Below, piece after piece: positions 1 to 13,432 of a stretch of DNA of 64,000 nt. The position numbers were made by a program, and so were the translations under genes. Every line of letters begins with the position of its first letter. The stretch's first letter is position 1. Source of the DNA: Gekko japonicus (lineage: Eukaryota); the NCBI RefSeq assembly GCF_001447785.1, contig NW_015172628.1, positions 75,135 through 139,134 on the forward strand, read 5' to 3'. The notes beneath the pieces were generated by a model. It ran no database searches. It was not told the DNA's origin and worked only from the letters and a program-made list of their open reading frames with translations.

Positions 1-246
1 AAGGTTATAACCGAATGGTCTTCTTGATACTGTTAAAACAGTGTATTTCACTATCAGTAAATATACAACATTAATTAAGGTAGAAGGAGATGGGTAGTCT
101 AAAGAATTAAAACAAGGGGGGGAAGCCATAAGGATCAAAGGAAGAATGCATTTAAATTTTCAGTGGGAGAAAAAGTATTTGGATTAAATGATAGCCTTCT
201 GTAATGTTAATTCATATAGACAAAGCTATTCAATATCTTTCCTTAC

Positions 247-437
247 TTGCATAAAGTAACCAGATAAAAGAGCTTTCTTTATCCCCAGCACATTTTCGTT
301 TAATCCAAAAGCAGGAGCTGAAATTGGCAATTCGATTCGTCTCATAATGTCAACCAATTCAGTTCTGATAGCTTCCGCTATCCTTAGTGCCGAGCAGTTC
401 AGAAAATAATCTTGACACCACTTTTCAATATCGTAGT
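247..437 (-). CDS. DHX32: DHX32 coding exon 9 (gene continues beyond position 1)
   Basis: Not in the ORF track; manual translation gives YYDIEKWCQDYFLNCSALRIAEAIRTELVDIMRRIELPISAPAFGLNENVLGIKKALLSGYFMQ. Acceptor ccctattag, donor gtaagg; 191 nt. Confidence 0.95.
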
Positions 438-1870
438 CTAATAGGGGAAAATGGTAAAATTATATTTTACTGGGGAATCCAATTTGTAATTATGGATGTT
501 AAGCCAGTCACCTGGCAATATGCTCTTTTGTGGAAGTAATTCTTGCTTTAAATATATAAACAGAGACTCAGCTAGCAGAATGTTTGCTAACAGAATAGAG
601 AACTAAATGAATGCAGTGAGCATCTCTTTTTCCACTTGGACCTGATTTAGATTTTTACTAAATATTTTGCTTTCTGTTTTTCACATTTCTGATCTTAAAA
701 TTTTAATTATGTTGCTTGTATTATTTGTCTTGCACACTACTTTATGATAATATTATTCCTCTCTTGTTCTGTTTATTGGCTCTCACTTTTCCTTCTTACA
801 ATATTTTCAGTTTTTTATACTTTGTAACAATGCAGTCTTGCCCATCTCTCTGCAGACGAAAACCTTACATTAAAAGAGGCTTAGTCCCAGGTAAACATAC
901 ATAGCCAGCAGCTCAAGACTCTCAATACTTTAGCCTTTCTGATTTCATCTTTTATGCCAACTCTGTTTGTACCTTTTTTAAATGTAAGGTCCAAATGTAT
1001 CAGGGAAACCTGTTTATTCCTTTTTCAAACATACAGAGATACAAAAGGAACCAACAAATAAAAAGTAATCAAAATATAAAACTTAAAATAACCTGAGGAG
1101 ATTTAACAGAACTGCAGATTGCATCCTTATTAGACAGACAAGATAGTTGTGTGGGATGGAAGAGAAATTACTGCACAAGAGCTGAACATTCCAATCAAAT
1201 CTAAATTCAGAGTCATTAATTAGGATGGATAAGAATTAGATCCTCACTAGATGAGCATAAATGAGTTTAAAAGAATTTTGTTCAATTTGTTTTCAATAAA
1301 AGATAAGTAGAGAAACCACTAGTCTAAACAGCAGTTTGGTTAAATTCTTCCTAGCATGTTTTTGGTTTGTGAGGCACTTTCATCAATAAGGAGCATGTCC
1401 CAGATGTTCTCAAACCATTTCAGAATGTAGTGGCGTTTTTGCTTGCCTGTTGCAAAGTTTATGAACTTCAGCAGGGCTTTATTTAGATATATTGGAAGTC
1501 TGCAATTGCTGATAGCTTGATATAGTCTACAATCTTAACTCAAAAAAGCTAGGCCTTGGCACTTGCTTGTAAAACACAGTACTTATCTTTGTTTGATATA
1601 TCATTTCAGCGTGTCCAGAGTGACATAGTATCTGCATATCATTTTATACCTGCTTTTTCAGTTAATACACCTAGAGAGTAAGGGAGAAAGTTGTATAATG
1701 TTTCTTAAACATCTGTATCAATCTTTTCTCCTAAACTTTTCCCCCTTAGTTTCACAGAATTGATTCCGCAACTGAACATTTTAAATAGCATTGATGACCT
1801 TTAAAATAAGTAACCCTTAATTCCATTGACTGTTTAAAAGAGACTTTATCACTGTACAGTTAATGTTTAA

Positions 1871-2096
1871 TTTGGAGCAGATAGTGTACTTGTAAACGTT
1901 TGGTTTACCCCCTCTTTTTTTTTGGTAACAGTTCTCTCTTGGTCAGTAAACTCCATTTTGCATATCTAGTAAATCTAGGTTTGGAGCAGATAGTGTACTT
2001 GTAAACGTTAGTATCAATTTGGTTACCCCCTCTTTTTTTTTGTAACAGTTCTCTCTTGGTCAGTAAGCTCTATTTTGCATATCTAGTAAATCTAGT
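1871..2096. repeat. Local tandem duplication (~105-115 bp unit, 2 copies)
   Basis: tttggagcagatagtgtacttgtaaacgtt...catatctagtaaatctag occurs at ~1871 and again at ~1980. Confidence 0.9.
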
Positions 2097-5000
2097 TTAT
2101 TTATATTCATCCCAAGTTTTAAACAACTAGTTTGGGCACCCTCCTGGGCGGAGTTTGAATGGAGAAATTTATAAAATTTATAAAACACCAAGTGTCAAAA
2201 CCACTTCCAACTTTTCCTTACTCTTGTCGCTCAGCATTAATGTACAAGCGATAAACACTGGTATCTGTGATACTGAGTCCAAACTGTTTCTTCAAATGAC
2301 ACCTTATTCATGGATTCCCTTTTCAAAGTCCACCTACATTAGGCCAGCTAGACACTCTAAATAAAATGGTTTTCAAGGCAATCAATCAATACTTTATTTA
2401 CAGTCCATGACCAGAATACAAACCAGTAAGGAAAAAATAAAATAAAAATGACCATATAAAAATTAAGGTATGCAAATATAGAAGTATATAAAATTAAATT
2501 AAAACTAATACTAATAAAAATACAGTAGTTTCTAACATTGAAATTCTAATATAGAATACAATCAGCTACTATCTTCCGTTTTTCAAGTTAGCAGCTTCCC
2601 AGTAATGTGTGAGACAAGAGCCCTCCTTTTTTCTTTTGGGCAATATAAAATAACACAAAAACAGCTTCATAAGCTTAACCTTATTTGCAAGCATATTGAA
2701 GGTACTTAATACAAAACTAAAGATTTTTTTTAAAGAAACTTTGATTTCTAGGTTGTTTTCTTTTTGTTCCTCTCTAAATTTTTATACTCTTTCTTTATGC
2801 AGTGTTTCAGTCTTACACAGTCTACAGGGTGTATCCCATCCAGACTTTAACTTTTTACAAGACTACTGCAATGCATTTGACTCTTAGAATACATTTAACA
2901 GCATCTCAGCTCGTTTCTGTGTATGCCGGGGCCCTGACTCACCCTGGGTTCTGTTTGCAGTGCTGCAGGGAGGGCATGGCGGGCCAGCGAGGCAGAAAGG
3001 GCTGTCTGGCAGCAAGCATGGGATGCTGGGGCCTGCCTGATCCAATGCCAGCCCTATCAGCAGGTCTGGGGTGTCCAGGGGGCAGGGTGTGACGGCTGCT
3101 ATTTAGGGCACTGCCCCGCCCCGCTTACCATCTTTCCAGCACCGGACAGCTTGGCCCACCCTCCTGGCTCTTGAGTTAGCTGTAGTTGGTTGGGGTTTGC
3201 ATGTGGTTTTGTTTCACTTGATCTTTTGTCTTGTCACAACTTGGTGGTATCAGCATGGGGGCAGATCCTTTACCAGGAAAGGTGGCTTGAGTGCCCATTT
3301 GCCTGAGAGTAGGGATCCCCTTAAGAGATCTTGGCATGAGGGTCAGGTAGTGCGCCTAGCCTGGGGGCACAGCCGGTAATTACCCTCACACTCAGGTGGC
3401 AGGGAAGACTACCTCAAGGCGTCTGCCTTCGTGTTTTATTTATTTATTTATTCCTTCGATTTATATACCGCTCACCCCCTAAGGGCTCTGAGCGGTTTAC
3501 ATCATACAGTTGATACCATTCCTAACCTAAGGCCACACACATACAATGGGGAAGTGACTAACCTAGCAGGCACCCTATGGTGGAGTCACATGCGGTCACA
3601 GCCATCTTAATACATAACACTCTAGTAGTTTCAAGATGTAGGGTCTTGGCAATAGCTGTTTCAAGCAAAAATTAAGTCAGCCACAACATCACGCAGGATT
3701 AAGTGCATTTCAACATATTGATTTAGACAGACATAAGAACACTAAAGGATGTGTTAATTCATAGCCAAAGTGTTCTACAGTTCTTACCTATCTTCCTCAA
3801 AGGGTAGTTCAGAATGAATGATAACGCCTTGTCCAAGGCTACCCAGAAAATATCATGATAATCTCTTGGCCTCAGCATCATATCCAAAACCAACACACGG
3901 TGTGCTTCCTCACATTATCTCTGGGCATATAGCAACTGTAGATTAGAAACAGACTTCTCTTGCCAAACACCATCAAAATGAATGGCAGTTGTTTGAGTGC
4001 ATGCCATCTCTAGGAACAGGCACAAGTTGTAAGTGTTGGAAATGTATGTGTTTACAAGGTCTGATTCAGTCATTATAGGGTTAACTTGTATTCCTAGTTT
4101 GCTATTGTTTAGACTGACCTGGAAGGGATACCTGGCACTAAGCCAATGGGGCTGTTTAACAGTATGTGTCTTAAGATGAATGTATTATTTAAAAATATTC
4201 TCTTGCGTACAAATGGCCTACCTTAAGTCTCACAGTGAAGGTTCTTGTACTGTGGGGGCACCATGAGATCTCCAGTGGCCAATCATAGGTCCTACTGGGC
4301 AAAAGCCCCACCTGGTCCTGCCCACTTTCAAAAAACACCCGGTGGGCACCAGGAAAGGTATTGGCAGGTGCCATGGCACCCTTCAGATTTGTTGGTTTAC
4401 ATCTGTTGGTTTAGGTCTCTAAACATGTCTCGGGGGCAACATTGTGAGCTCTTTCAGTTACAGGAACTTCATCAAATGACAGAGCGACTAAGCTTTTTCT
4501 AGATTTGAGCCTTCCAGTATTCTTAAGAAAACTGCAAAAAGACAAGTTATTATGTCACCTCTGATATTCCAGTTCCTGTTCTTTAATCCATAATTCTTTT
4601 TCAACCTATTGTAGGATCTATGCCTTCCTCCTACAGGGAAAGTTTTAACTGTATGATCATTTAACTGCCAGTTGTAAAACCAATGTTTCATTAATAGTAT
4701 GATCCCAAGAACACTTGCCTGGAAGTAAGCTCCACTGAATCGACTTAAGTAGGATTCTGGGATTGTTCTCTGAGTTGTTCACAGATGGAATTGAGAAGTG
4801 ATGCTTTCTTGAATGTTGTTAGTTTCCTCCAATTGGCTTGCAAGTGGTATTTGGATTTAAGTGTTTCATGCCAACAGTGAGGACTCAGCCATCATATCTC
4901 TTTTGATTTACTTGCTCCCTAGATCCTCTCTCCAGTCAGGAGTAATGTTTTAAAGTTTTCAGCTGCAGCTGGGAAACCTTTAGCTCTTCCACCACCATTC

Positions 5001-5626
5001 TTGCTCATTTTGGGAAGGATTAAGGTACGGTATACTATACTGTTTAACATTTTAGAAAAAGTAACTGGAAGATGGAGCTCCTCTTCTGTGTATCTGCATC
5101 TGATAGATCCATTGCTCCCCTCATATACCCCCCTGCAAGGATTTTTTTTTGCCTTATGCCAAATCTAATAATTGATCCATCCATCCGGCTTGGTATTAAT
5201 TTCTGTGGGACTTTCCAGATTCAAGGCATATATTCTCCCACTGAGCCTTGTTCTTTGTTCCAGTGTTCAACAGATGAGTCTTTCTTGACCATTCTGTTAC
5301 TTCTGAAATTTTATACATACTAGACAGTATTTACAATGGAATCCTAAACAGAATTACACATCAAAGTCAGTGAGCTCAGAAGGGTGTAGCTTTGTTCAGG
5401 ATTGGTCTATTAATTTACAGTTTAACTGTTACCATTTGCTTCTTATCATCTCCATTCTCATTCCTTTTGCTTCTTGTTTTTTTGTTAGACTGTAAATCAC
5501 TTTGGAACGAGACTTGTTTTATCTTCTATAAACTTCAAGCTTTAGGTCATGTCAGCTGAAATAACTGTTAACAAGCTATTCAACACAAATCTTAAAGTAA
5601 AATTAAAATATCTGACACACACTTAC

Positions 5627-5776
5627 ATTGGCTTATGGCGTTTGTACTAGCTTCCTTGTAAGACTTGTATACATTGATAAGAGTGAAATGATCTCCTGCA
5701 GGATGCAAGAATTTTTGCTGGCAAGTTACTGCAATCTCCTCTGTTCCCTGTGGTGGGTTTACAAAGCAACCAGGAG
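5627..5776 (-). CDS. DHX32: DHX32 coding exon 8
   Basis: APGCFVNPPQGTEEIAVTCQQKFLHPAGDHFTLINVYKSY.... Acceptor acgcaag, donor gtaagt; 150 nt. Confidence 0.94.
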
Positions 5777-7011
5777 CTTGCGTTGAAAAGGATGTGGAAT
5801 GAAAACAAGCCAACAATAAATAAGAGAATATGCTAGATACACAGTGTATACAGTGTGACAATTTTTCATTGGGAAAGCTATGAAACATTCATCTCCATCC
5901 TTTGGTGAAACCTCTAACTCACATTCTAAAATTCAAGGCAGAAATTAATACCTGGCTTATCACATTTTTATCCAGCCCTTCCTTTCAGGGTGGTGTACAT
6001 GATTCTCCATTTTATTGTCATGGCAACCTTAGGCTTGGCTGAGAGGGAGTGACTGGTCCATAATCACTCGTGGCTGATTGCTTTGAATCCTGAATGATAT
6101 TCAACCCTGGTCCTCCCAGTCATGGTCCACTACAACTCCACAGTGACTCTCAAATTATTAATTTACAACTTCTTGCATTCTGGACTGTCATTGTCACACC
6201 TCCACCCTTCCACCAGTATCTTGAATTCAGTGGCCAATAACACTAATAATAAATAGGAATGTTGGCTACTTAATTACCTAATATTGTTTTGAAAATGTTT
6301 GATATTAAGGCTTCCATACGTCCCTATATGACAGCTATGGTCATCAGGCAGCCATTTTTTGGCTGTTTAGCAGAGTAAATGAAGTGCAGCAGAATAATGT
6401 ATCACAGACACGTGTGTGTTTAGCTTCTACGAAAAAGTTTGCTACAAAATTAGGGAAAGGGTTACATGGAAAGAAAACATCAACAGTCTAACTCATCTTT
6501 CTAGTACTACGCCATCTTGTTTCTTTTGTTCCCCCCCTCTTTCTTTGTGTCTGACCCTAAGAAGAAAGGAATGAAAGTTTCCCCCCAAAGCTCCACCCCT
6601 TGTGTAGATGCAGAATAGCATGAACTATCTCCTTATTAAGAATAAAACCTCCCCCTTTTGGTGGCAAGATTTTATGCTACACCTAATTGGCTCTATGCTT
6701 AACTTTCTATCATTAGCTTACAGAAACTTCAGCTTAACTCTTTCATGACTGAAGGGATGACACTTGCAAAACCCAACATACTTGTTGGATATCCCATCAC
6801 TTAGAGTGGCCTGTCTAGCACTGACCAGAGCCCAGGCCTTTTCCATCATGGTTCTAGCTCTGTGGCTCCCTAAATAGTTGTGGAGGACCCCTGCCTAGAG
6901 ATCTTCAGGTGCTGCTGCCAGGCCTGCCTGTTTGCCAGAGCTTGGGGGCGGGGTTTTAAATGGCAGGCATCTTTTAAAGGAGGAAGGAAGAGATATTTGG
7001 GACTTGCTATG

Positions 7012-8950
7012 TTATGTTAGAAGCAGGAAACCAGCCAGGGAGGCAGTGGGGCCCTTGGATGGCCAAGGGGTAAAAGGAGTACGGAAGGATGATAGGGAAA
7101 TGGCTGAGAAGCTAAATGCATTTTTTGCCTCTGTCTTCACTGTGGAAGATGAGAAGTGCTTGCCCACTCCAGAACCGCTGATTTCAGGAGGGGTGTTGAA
7201 AGACCTGAGTCAGATTGAGGTGATGAGAGAGGAGGTCCTAAAACTGATAGACAACTTAAAAACTGATAAATTACCAGGCCCAGATGGCATACATCCGAGA
7301 GTTCTGAAAGAACTCAAATGTGAACTTCTGGATCTCCTTACAAAAATATGTAATCTTTCCTTAAAATCTGCCTCCATTCCTGAGGACTGGAAGGTAGCTA
7401 ATGTCACTCCCATCTTTAAAAAGGGTTCCAGAGGAGATCCGGGAAATTACAGGCCAGTCAGTCTGACGTCGATACCGGGTAAATTGGTGGAAACCATTAT
7501 TAAGGAAAGAATTAGTAGGCACATAGATGAACAAAACCTATTGAGGCAGACTCAGCACGGTTTCTGTAAGGGAAGATCTTGTCTCACTAACCTGTTAATG
7601 TTCTTTGAGGGGGTGAACAAACATGTGGACAAGGGGGATCCAATAGATATTATTTACCTTGACTTCCAGAAAGCTTTTGATAAAGTTCCTCATCAAAGGC
7701 TCCTAAGCAAGCTCAAAAATCATGGGATAAAAGCACAAGTCCTTTTGAGGATCAAGAAATGGCTAATTAATAGGAAACAGAGAGTGAGTATAAACAGGCA
7801 GTGCTCTCAGTGGAGGAGGGTAAGCAGTGGGGTACCGCAGGGATCAGTACTTGGTCCACTGCTTTTTAACTTGTTCATAAATGATTTGGAGATGGGAGTA
7901 AGCAGTGAAGTGGCTAAATTTGCGGATGATACAAAGTTGTTCAAGGTGGTGAAAACCAGTGAGGATTGTGAGGCACTCCAAAGGGATCTGTCAAAGATGG
8001 GCAAGTGGGCGTCAACATGGCAAATGGGGTTCAATGTGGCCAAGTGCAAGGTGATGCACATTGGAGCCAAAAATCCTAAATATAAATACACATTGATGGG
8101 GTCTGAACTGGCAGAGACTGAGCAAGAGAGAGATCTTGGAGTTGTAGTGGATAACTCACTGAAAATGTCGAGACAGTGTGTGACTGCAATAAAGAAGGCC
8201 AATGCTATGCTGGGGATTATTAGGAAGGGTATTGAAAACAGATCAGCCAATATAATAATGCCCCTATATAAATCAATGGTGAGACCTCATTTGGAATACT
8301 GTGTGCAGTTCTGGGCACCACACCTTAAAAAGGATATTATAGCTTTGGAAAAAGTGCAGAAAAGGGCAACTCGAATGATAAAAGGGTTGGAACACTTTCC
8401 CTATGAGGAAAGGTTAAAGCGCTTAGGGCTCTTTAGCTTGGAGAAAAGACGACTGAGGGGTGACATGATCGAGGTTTATAAGATTATGCATGGGAAAGAG
8501 CAGGTAAAGAAAGAGGTACTTTTCTCCCTTTCTCACAATACAAGAACTCGTGGGCACTCCATGAAACTGCAGAGCGGTCGGGTTAGAACGGATAAAAGGA
8601 AGTACTTCTTCACCCAAAGAGTGATTAACACATGGAATTCACTGCCACAGGAAGTGGTGGGTGCTACAAGCATGGACGGCTTCAAAAGGGAATTAGATAA
8701 GCATATGGAGCAGAGGTCCATCAGTGGCTATTAGCCACAAGGTATAGCTAGGGGCTCTGGGGCAAGTGATGCTCTGTCTTCTTGGTGCTTGGGGGGGGGG
8801 TCAACAGTGGGAGGGCTTCTAATGTCCTGGCCCCACTGCTGGACCTCCTGATGGCACTGGTATTTCTGGCCACTGTGTGACACAGAGTGTTGGACTGGAT
8901 GGGCCTTTGGCCTGATCCAACATTGGCGTCTCTTATGTTCTTATGTTCTT
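7012..8950 (+). mobile_element. 5'-truncated CR1 LINE with uninterrupted ORF2 RT region
   Basis: About 570 open codons with PGPDGIHP, FKKGSRGDPGNYRPVSLTS, YLDFQKAFDKVPH, GVPQGSVLGP and FADD; 3'UTR ends in (CTTATGTT)n. Confidence 0.95.
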
Positions 8951-8991
8951 AAATGTAGGAGCAGGACCAGGGTACTTTAATCCATCAGGGA

Positions 8992-9229
8992 AGAGGTCCA
9001 TCAGTGGCTATTAGTCACAAGGTATAGATAGGGGCTCTGGGGCAAGTGATGTTCTGTCTTCTTGGTGCTTGGTGGGGTCAACAGTGGGAGGGCTTCTAAT
9101 GTCCTGGCCCCAGTAGTGGACCTTCTGATGGCACTGGTATTTCTGGCCACTGTGTGATACAGAGTGTTGGACTGGATGGGCCTTTGGCCTGATCCAACAT
9201 TGGCATCTCTTATGTTCTTATGTTATGTT
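8992..9229 (+). mobile_element. Second copy of the CR1 3' end/3'UTR
   Basis: Near-identical to 8712-8950 and separated from it by a ~41-nt spacer. Confidence 0.9.
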
Positions 9230-10187
9230 CTTTTATTTTAGTTGGGGATGTTTTAACTATTATTGTAAACTTCCTTGAACCAAGAGGAAAGATGGGATAT
9301 AAATGTTTTAATAAATAAATAAGGCTAATGCAAAGAGGACTTACATTTGCTAATATGGATATTTATACACTCTTCTTTTTTTGGTGACAATTACAAGTCA
9401 ATTTGAGGTGATAATCTTAAATAAGCAAAGCACCCCTTCTATAAGTACTTTTACACATCTGTCTACCCACTTGACCAACCATAGGGAATGAACATATGTG
9501 ATGTCTGTAGAAGAGTGCCATAAACCTGCCACTGTTTCACACCTTCCTGTCTGCTTTAAATATTCTGTTTTAAAATACATTGTTGTTCTTTCCAACTAGT
9601 GGTAGAATTTATTCAGGTACATATACAGGATTACAAGATAGTGACTTTTTAAAAAGTAGTGGTAAAAATGGAAGACATATTGTACACCTGTTATAAAAAC
9701 AGATTCTGAAAAATTATTTGATATGTACAAATACAGACAAAAATGTATAGGTGGTGTTAGGGGTTAAACTGATATCTAACTTGTACCACTACAGGCCAAA
9801 ACTACATGTTACAGGGAGATGAATGTGTAACTTGTAATGTGTAACTGAGGAAAAATAGCATGTTAAGATATTCTATTTATAAGCAGCATTTCCCTGCTCT
9901 CCCTCCGCTTCACTGGCTGCCAATTGTGGGAGGTGTGGTGAAATGCTAACACAATATCATCACACCATTTTCAGATATACATTCTTGTACATAGAAAACT
10001 AGGTGTCAGAGGGTGCGTTCAAACAGCTCTTTAGATCTGCGCGAGGCACGGGTGCCTCATGGATTTAAATGTAATGTCTAGACATCAACATCTGGGAAAC
10101 GTCTGTCTTCCGTGAGCATCCAGTTTTGCCGCGCTTAGGAGCCATACTAAAAAGATACTACTTTAAATCTAGAGTTTTCAGTTCCGA

Positions 10188-10503
10188 CCTTCGCGCCCCG
10201 CTGGGAAGAAAAGAAGGGCCCAGGGCTTCCCTCCCGGCCGCTGCACGCGGCCGGGAGAGGGATCGATGGGGGGGGGGGGGGAGATTTCTCCCCAGCGGAG
10301 CGCCTTCGCGCCCCGCTGGGAAGAAAAGAAGGGCCCAGGGCTTCCCTCCCGGCCGCTGCACGCGGCCGGGAGAGGGATCGATGGGGGGGGGGGGTGAGAT
10401 TTCTCCCCAGCGGAGCGCCTTCGCGCCCCGCTGGGAAGAAAAGAAGGGCCCAGGGCTTCCCTCCCGGCCGCTGCATGCGGCCGGGAGAGGGATCGATGGG
10501 GAT
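10188..10503. repeat. CpG-rich ~115-bp tandem repeat (~2.7 units) in a GC-rich insertion (~10010-10720)
   Basis: ccttcgcgccccgctgggaagaaaagaagggcccagggcttccctcccggccgctgca... repeats at ~10188, 10303 and 10418. Confidence 0.9.
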
Positions 10504-11262
10504 GGGGGGGTGGGGGAGGAAGGCAAGGCCGGGGAAGGCAAGGCCCGGCTACTTACCCTCCTGCTTCGTCCTCATTCTCCAACGGAATGAGGATCGAAGC
10601 AGAGGGCGGGGTGAAGAAGGGGGCGGGGCTTCACCACATGACCGCCCCGCCCCCTAGAGGTTCTCTTCCGGAGCGCCGTACCGGAGTGCTCCCCCCCGAC
10701 TAGAGCCAATTGATGTGTTCCTACAATCCTGAAAATCGATATCTACTGAAAAGGGATTTAATTCTTTCAATACATTTAGGAGTACACACCTACATATTCA
10801 CACATCTTGGAAAATGTGACAACATACTGCCAAACTATTAACCAATCATTACATCATTAAATTAAGCAGCATAATACACGGGTTTTATTGTGTTTACAGA
10901 GCAAATCTGTAAAGGTCTGCATAGTTTTATTCTCATTAAAAATCATATGGGAACAGATAACCCATAGCAAATTTTTGAGCAATGCAGAAAAGAACTTGAA
11001 TCACTTTTCAATCTACACTTCATTAATTATGATAGTTAGTAGTCCAAGACTTAAGAATTTTACAGTGCAATCCTAAATGCTCCCTTTTAAACCCATTTAA
11101 AATATTTAGGATTGCACTGCTAATCAGTATGTTAATCAACTATGCATTCTGGGGTGTTAATTAATAAGCACCCATTTTAACTAATGTGGCAGCAAGTCAA
11201 AGGCATGCTTATTGATTCTTTTCACACCATTTTGGTTGATTTGTATTACTGAAATAATTAAT

Positions 11263-11394
11263 GGAGGGAGGGAGGGAGGGAGGGAGGGAGGGANNNNNNN
11301 NNNNNNNNNNNNNNNNNNNAGGGAAGGAGGGAAGGAAGGAAGGAAGGAAGGAAGGAAGGAAGGAAGGAAGGAAGGAAGGAAGGAAGGAAGGAAG
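11263..11394. repeat. (GGAG)n/(GGAA)n microsatellite containing an N gap
   Basis: Directly visible. Confidence 0.95.
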
Positions 11395-11615
11395 ACCAAA
11401 AATCTGACAGCTTTTGTTTATACTTCTTTCAGTACCTCTGCAAAGGTTTTGGTAATATCTTATCTTGTTTAAATTTAATCTGTTAGTTTATTAAAAGGTA
11501 GATGATTAATCAACTAATCATTCTTTAATTGGCTGATAGCTTATTTGTAATTAGACTGGACTTCAACAACAACCTCTATGGCCTAGGTAGGGGGCAGAAA
11601 TACTTCAGAAAATAC

Positions 11616-11807
11616 CTGTTACCATAGCAGCAATAGTTAGCATTTCCTCTACGCAATCAAATTCACATGAAGCTAAAATAGACTTGGACATCTGTGGATC
11701 CACAGGAAACTCAGACATTATTATTCCAAATTCGGAAAGGTTTCCATCATTGTCCAAGGCAGCCAAATAATCAAGATCTTCCAAAGCTTGCATGAGACTT
11801 TCAGGAT
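11616..11807 (-). CDS. DHX32: DHX32 coding exon 7 (HA2 region)
   Basis: [64 protein letters not shown]. Acceptor atcccag, donor gtattt; 192 nt. Confidence 0.96.
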
Positions 11808-12154
11808 CTGGGATGGGCAGAAATTTTAAAAATCAAGCACATTATTAGATAAATTAGCTTGTATCATAGTCCTATGCAAATAGAATGCAGTCTGTTATCT
11901 AGGTACTCAAAATGGAAGGTACTCAAGGGAAGTATACAAGACAAGAAAGACTATAATTATTTCATCCATTGAACCAGATAGTGCTAAATATTAAAGGACC
12001 AGTTGATAAATATTTTGCCATATTTATGAGTAAAACATGATAGATGACAAATGACGTTTAGAACAAACTGATGAAAGAAACATATTCGAAAATTCTACAG
12101 GTCTTCAAGTATATTTTTATTTATATTTAAAATCTACCACCTTCCCACATAGAC

Positions 12155-12365
12155 ATCCAGAATGGTATAGCAATTAGAGTAATGGACTAGGATCTGGAAG
12201 ACTCTACTTTGAATCCCTACTATGTATGAATGCTTGCTGGGTGACCTTGGGCCAATCACACATTCTTAGCCTAACCTACCTTTCTAATTGGTTATGAGGA
12301 TAAAATGGAGGAAGAGCACAGCTGTTCCAGATCATTTTTTGTAGTAAAGGTGAGGTATAAATTTT
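12155..12365 (+). mobile_element. Degraded tRNA-derived SINE
   Basis: Box A-like tggtatagcaattag and box B-like tttgaatccc, followed by gggtgaccttgggccaatcac...agcctaacctacc core. Confidence 0.55.
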
Positions 12366-12489
12366 GTGTCCATTTTTGGAAAAAAGAGACATGTAAGAGT
12401 AGTAACATTAAAAACATATGTTTTTGACACAGATTTTAGGTTTTGTCTAAATTAGGTTCAGACAAATCCCAAGAGAGAGGTGAGGCATT

Positions 12490-13060
12490 GAGGTCTACTC
12501 CATTGTCCAGCCTGGGACCAACTGGTGGCATACCAGATCAGGTTCAAAGTTCTGGTGTTAACCTTCAAGACCCTTAATGGTCTGGAACCCACTTTTCTTC
12601 CGGACTGCCTCTCCTGGTATACCTCACAAAGAGCATTACGCTCAGCAGATAAGAACCTATTGGTGGTCCCCAGCCCGAGACACATCTGGCTGTCCTCAAC
12701 CAGGGCCAGGATGTTTTTCGCCCTGGCCCCAACCTGGTGGAACCCTCTGCCATATAACTTCTGGGTCCTGCAGGATTTAATGCAATTCCTGCAGGGCTAT
12801 AATGCAGAGATGTTCCACCAGGCGTTTGATTGAGGACAGTGATGGTTTCCATCTGTCTGGTGCTCCTATCTCTTGCCTCCCCCTGCAGTGGCATAATTGA
12901 CAGTCTTAGTGTCATCTTATCAGGCCGTTTATTGTATTTTTATTGTATTGTTATTGTTTTAATTCTTAAATTGATATATATTTTTATTGATGTACACTGC
13001 TTCAAGTCCTGTTTTTTTACAGAGGAGAGCAGTTTAGAAATCAAGTTTAATAAATAATAA
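12490..13060 (+). mobile_element. L2-type LINE 3' fragment
   Basis: YQIRFKVLVLTFKTLNGLEP...RMFFALAPTWWNPLP; AT-rich tail ending in aataaataataaa. Confidence 0.8.
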
Positions 13061-13432
13061 ACTGCCGTTGGGTTCATCCCCACCAACTCTGTCCCTGCAG
13101 CAGCATCCCACCAGATCATAATGGACCAGTTAGAAAACGAGAGTTAATGCTTGTTTTCCTCTTTCATTTATTTCCCTTTTTCCTTTTGTCTTGTTTGTAG
13201 TATATTGTAGGTGTTATTTTGAATTGTAAACTGCCTTCAATGCAATGGCAGAAAGGAATTATATTATCTATATTAAAGAAATCCTTAGGTAAACCTTGCT
13301 GTGTAGTCGTAGGCTCACCTATTAAATTCTGTTGCACTAGCAGAACAAAATGTTACACTGAGACAGTGCATTTACACTACTATATCATTACCATTGTGTT
13401 GGAGGTACATAATGCCATCAGAGCTGCTATTT

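Noticed and set aside
6932-7011. N-terminus of the 600-aa ORF as a host gene or domesticated RT
   Set aside because: It has a TTG start in flanking L2-derived DNA that happens to run in frame into a 5'-truncated CR1 ORF2.
10188-10503. CRISPR-like array
   Set aside because: The units are contiguous with no unique spacers, and the context is eukaryotic with no cas genes.
10126-10657. Overlapping Gly/Pro/Arg-rich ORFs
   Set aside because: By-products of a GC-rich tandem repeat lacking stops; no protein motif.
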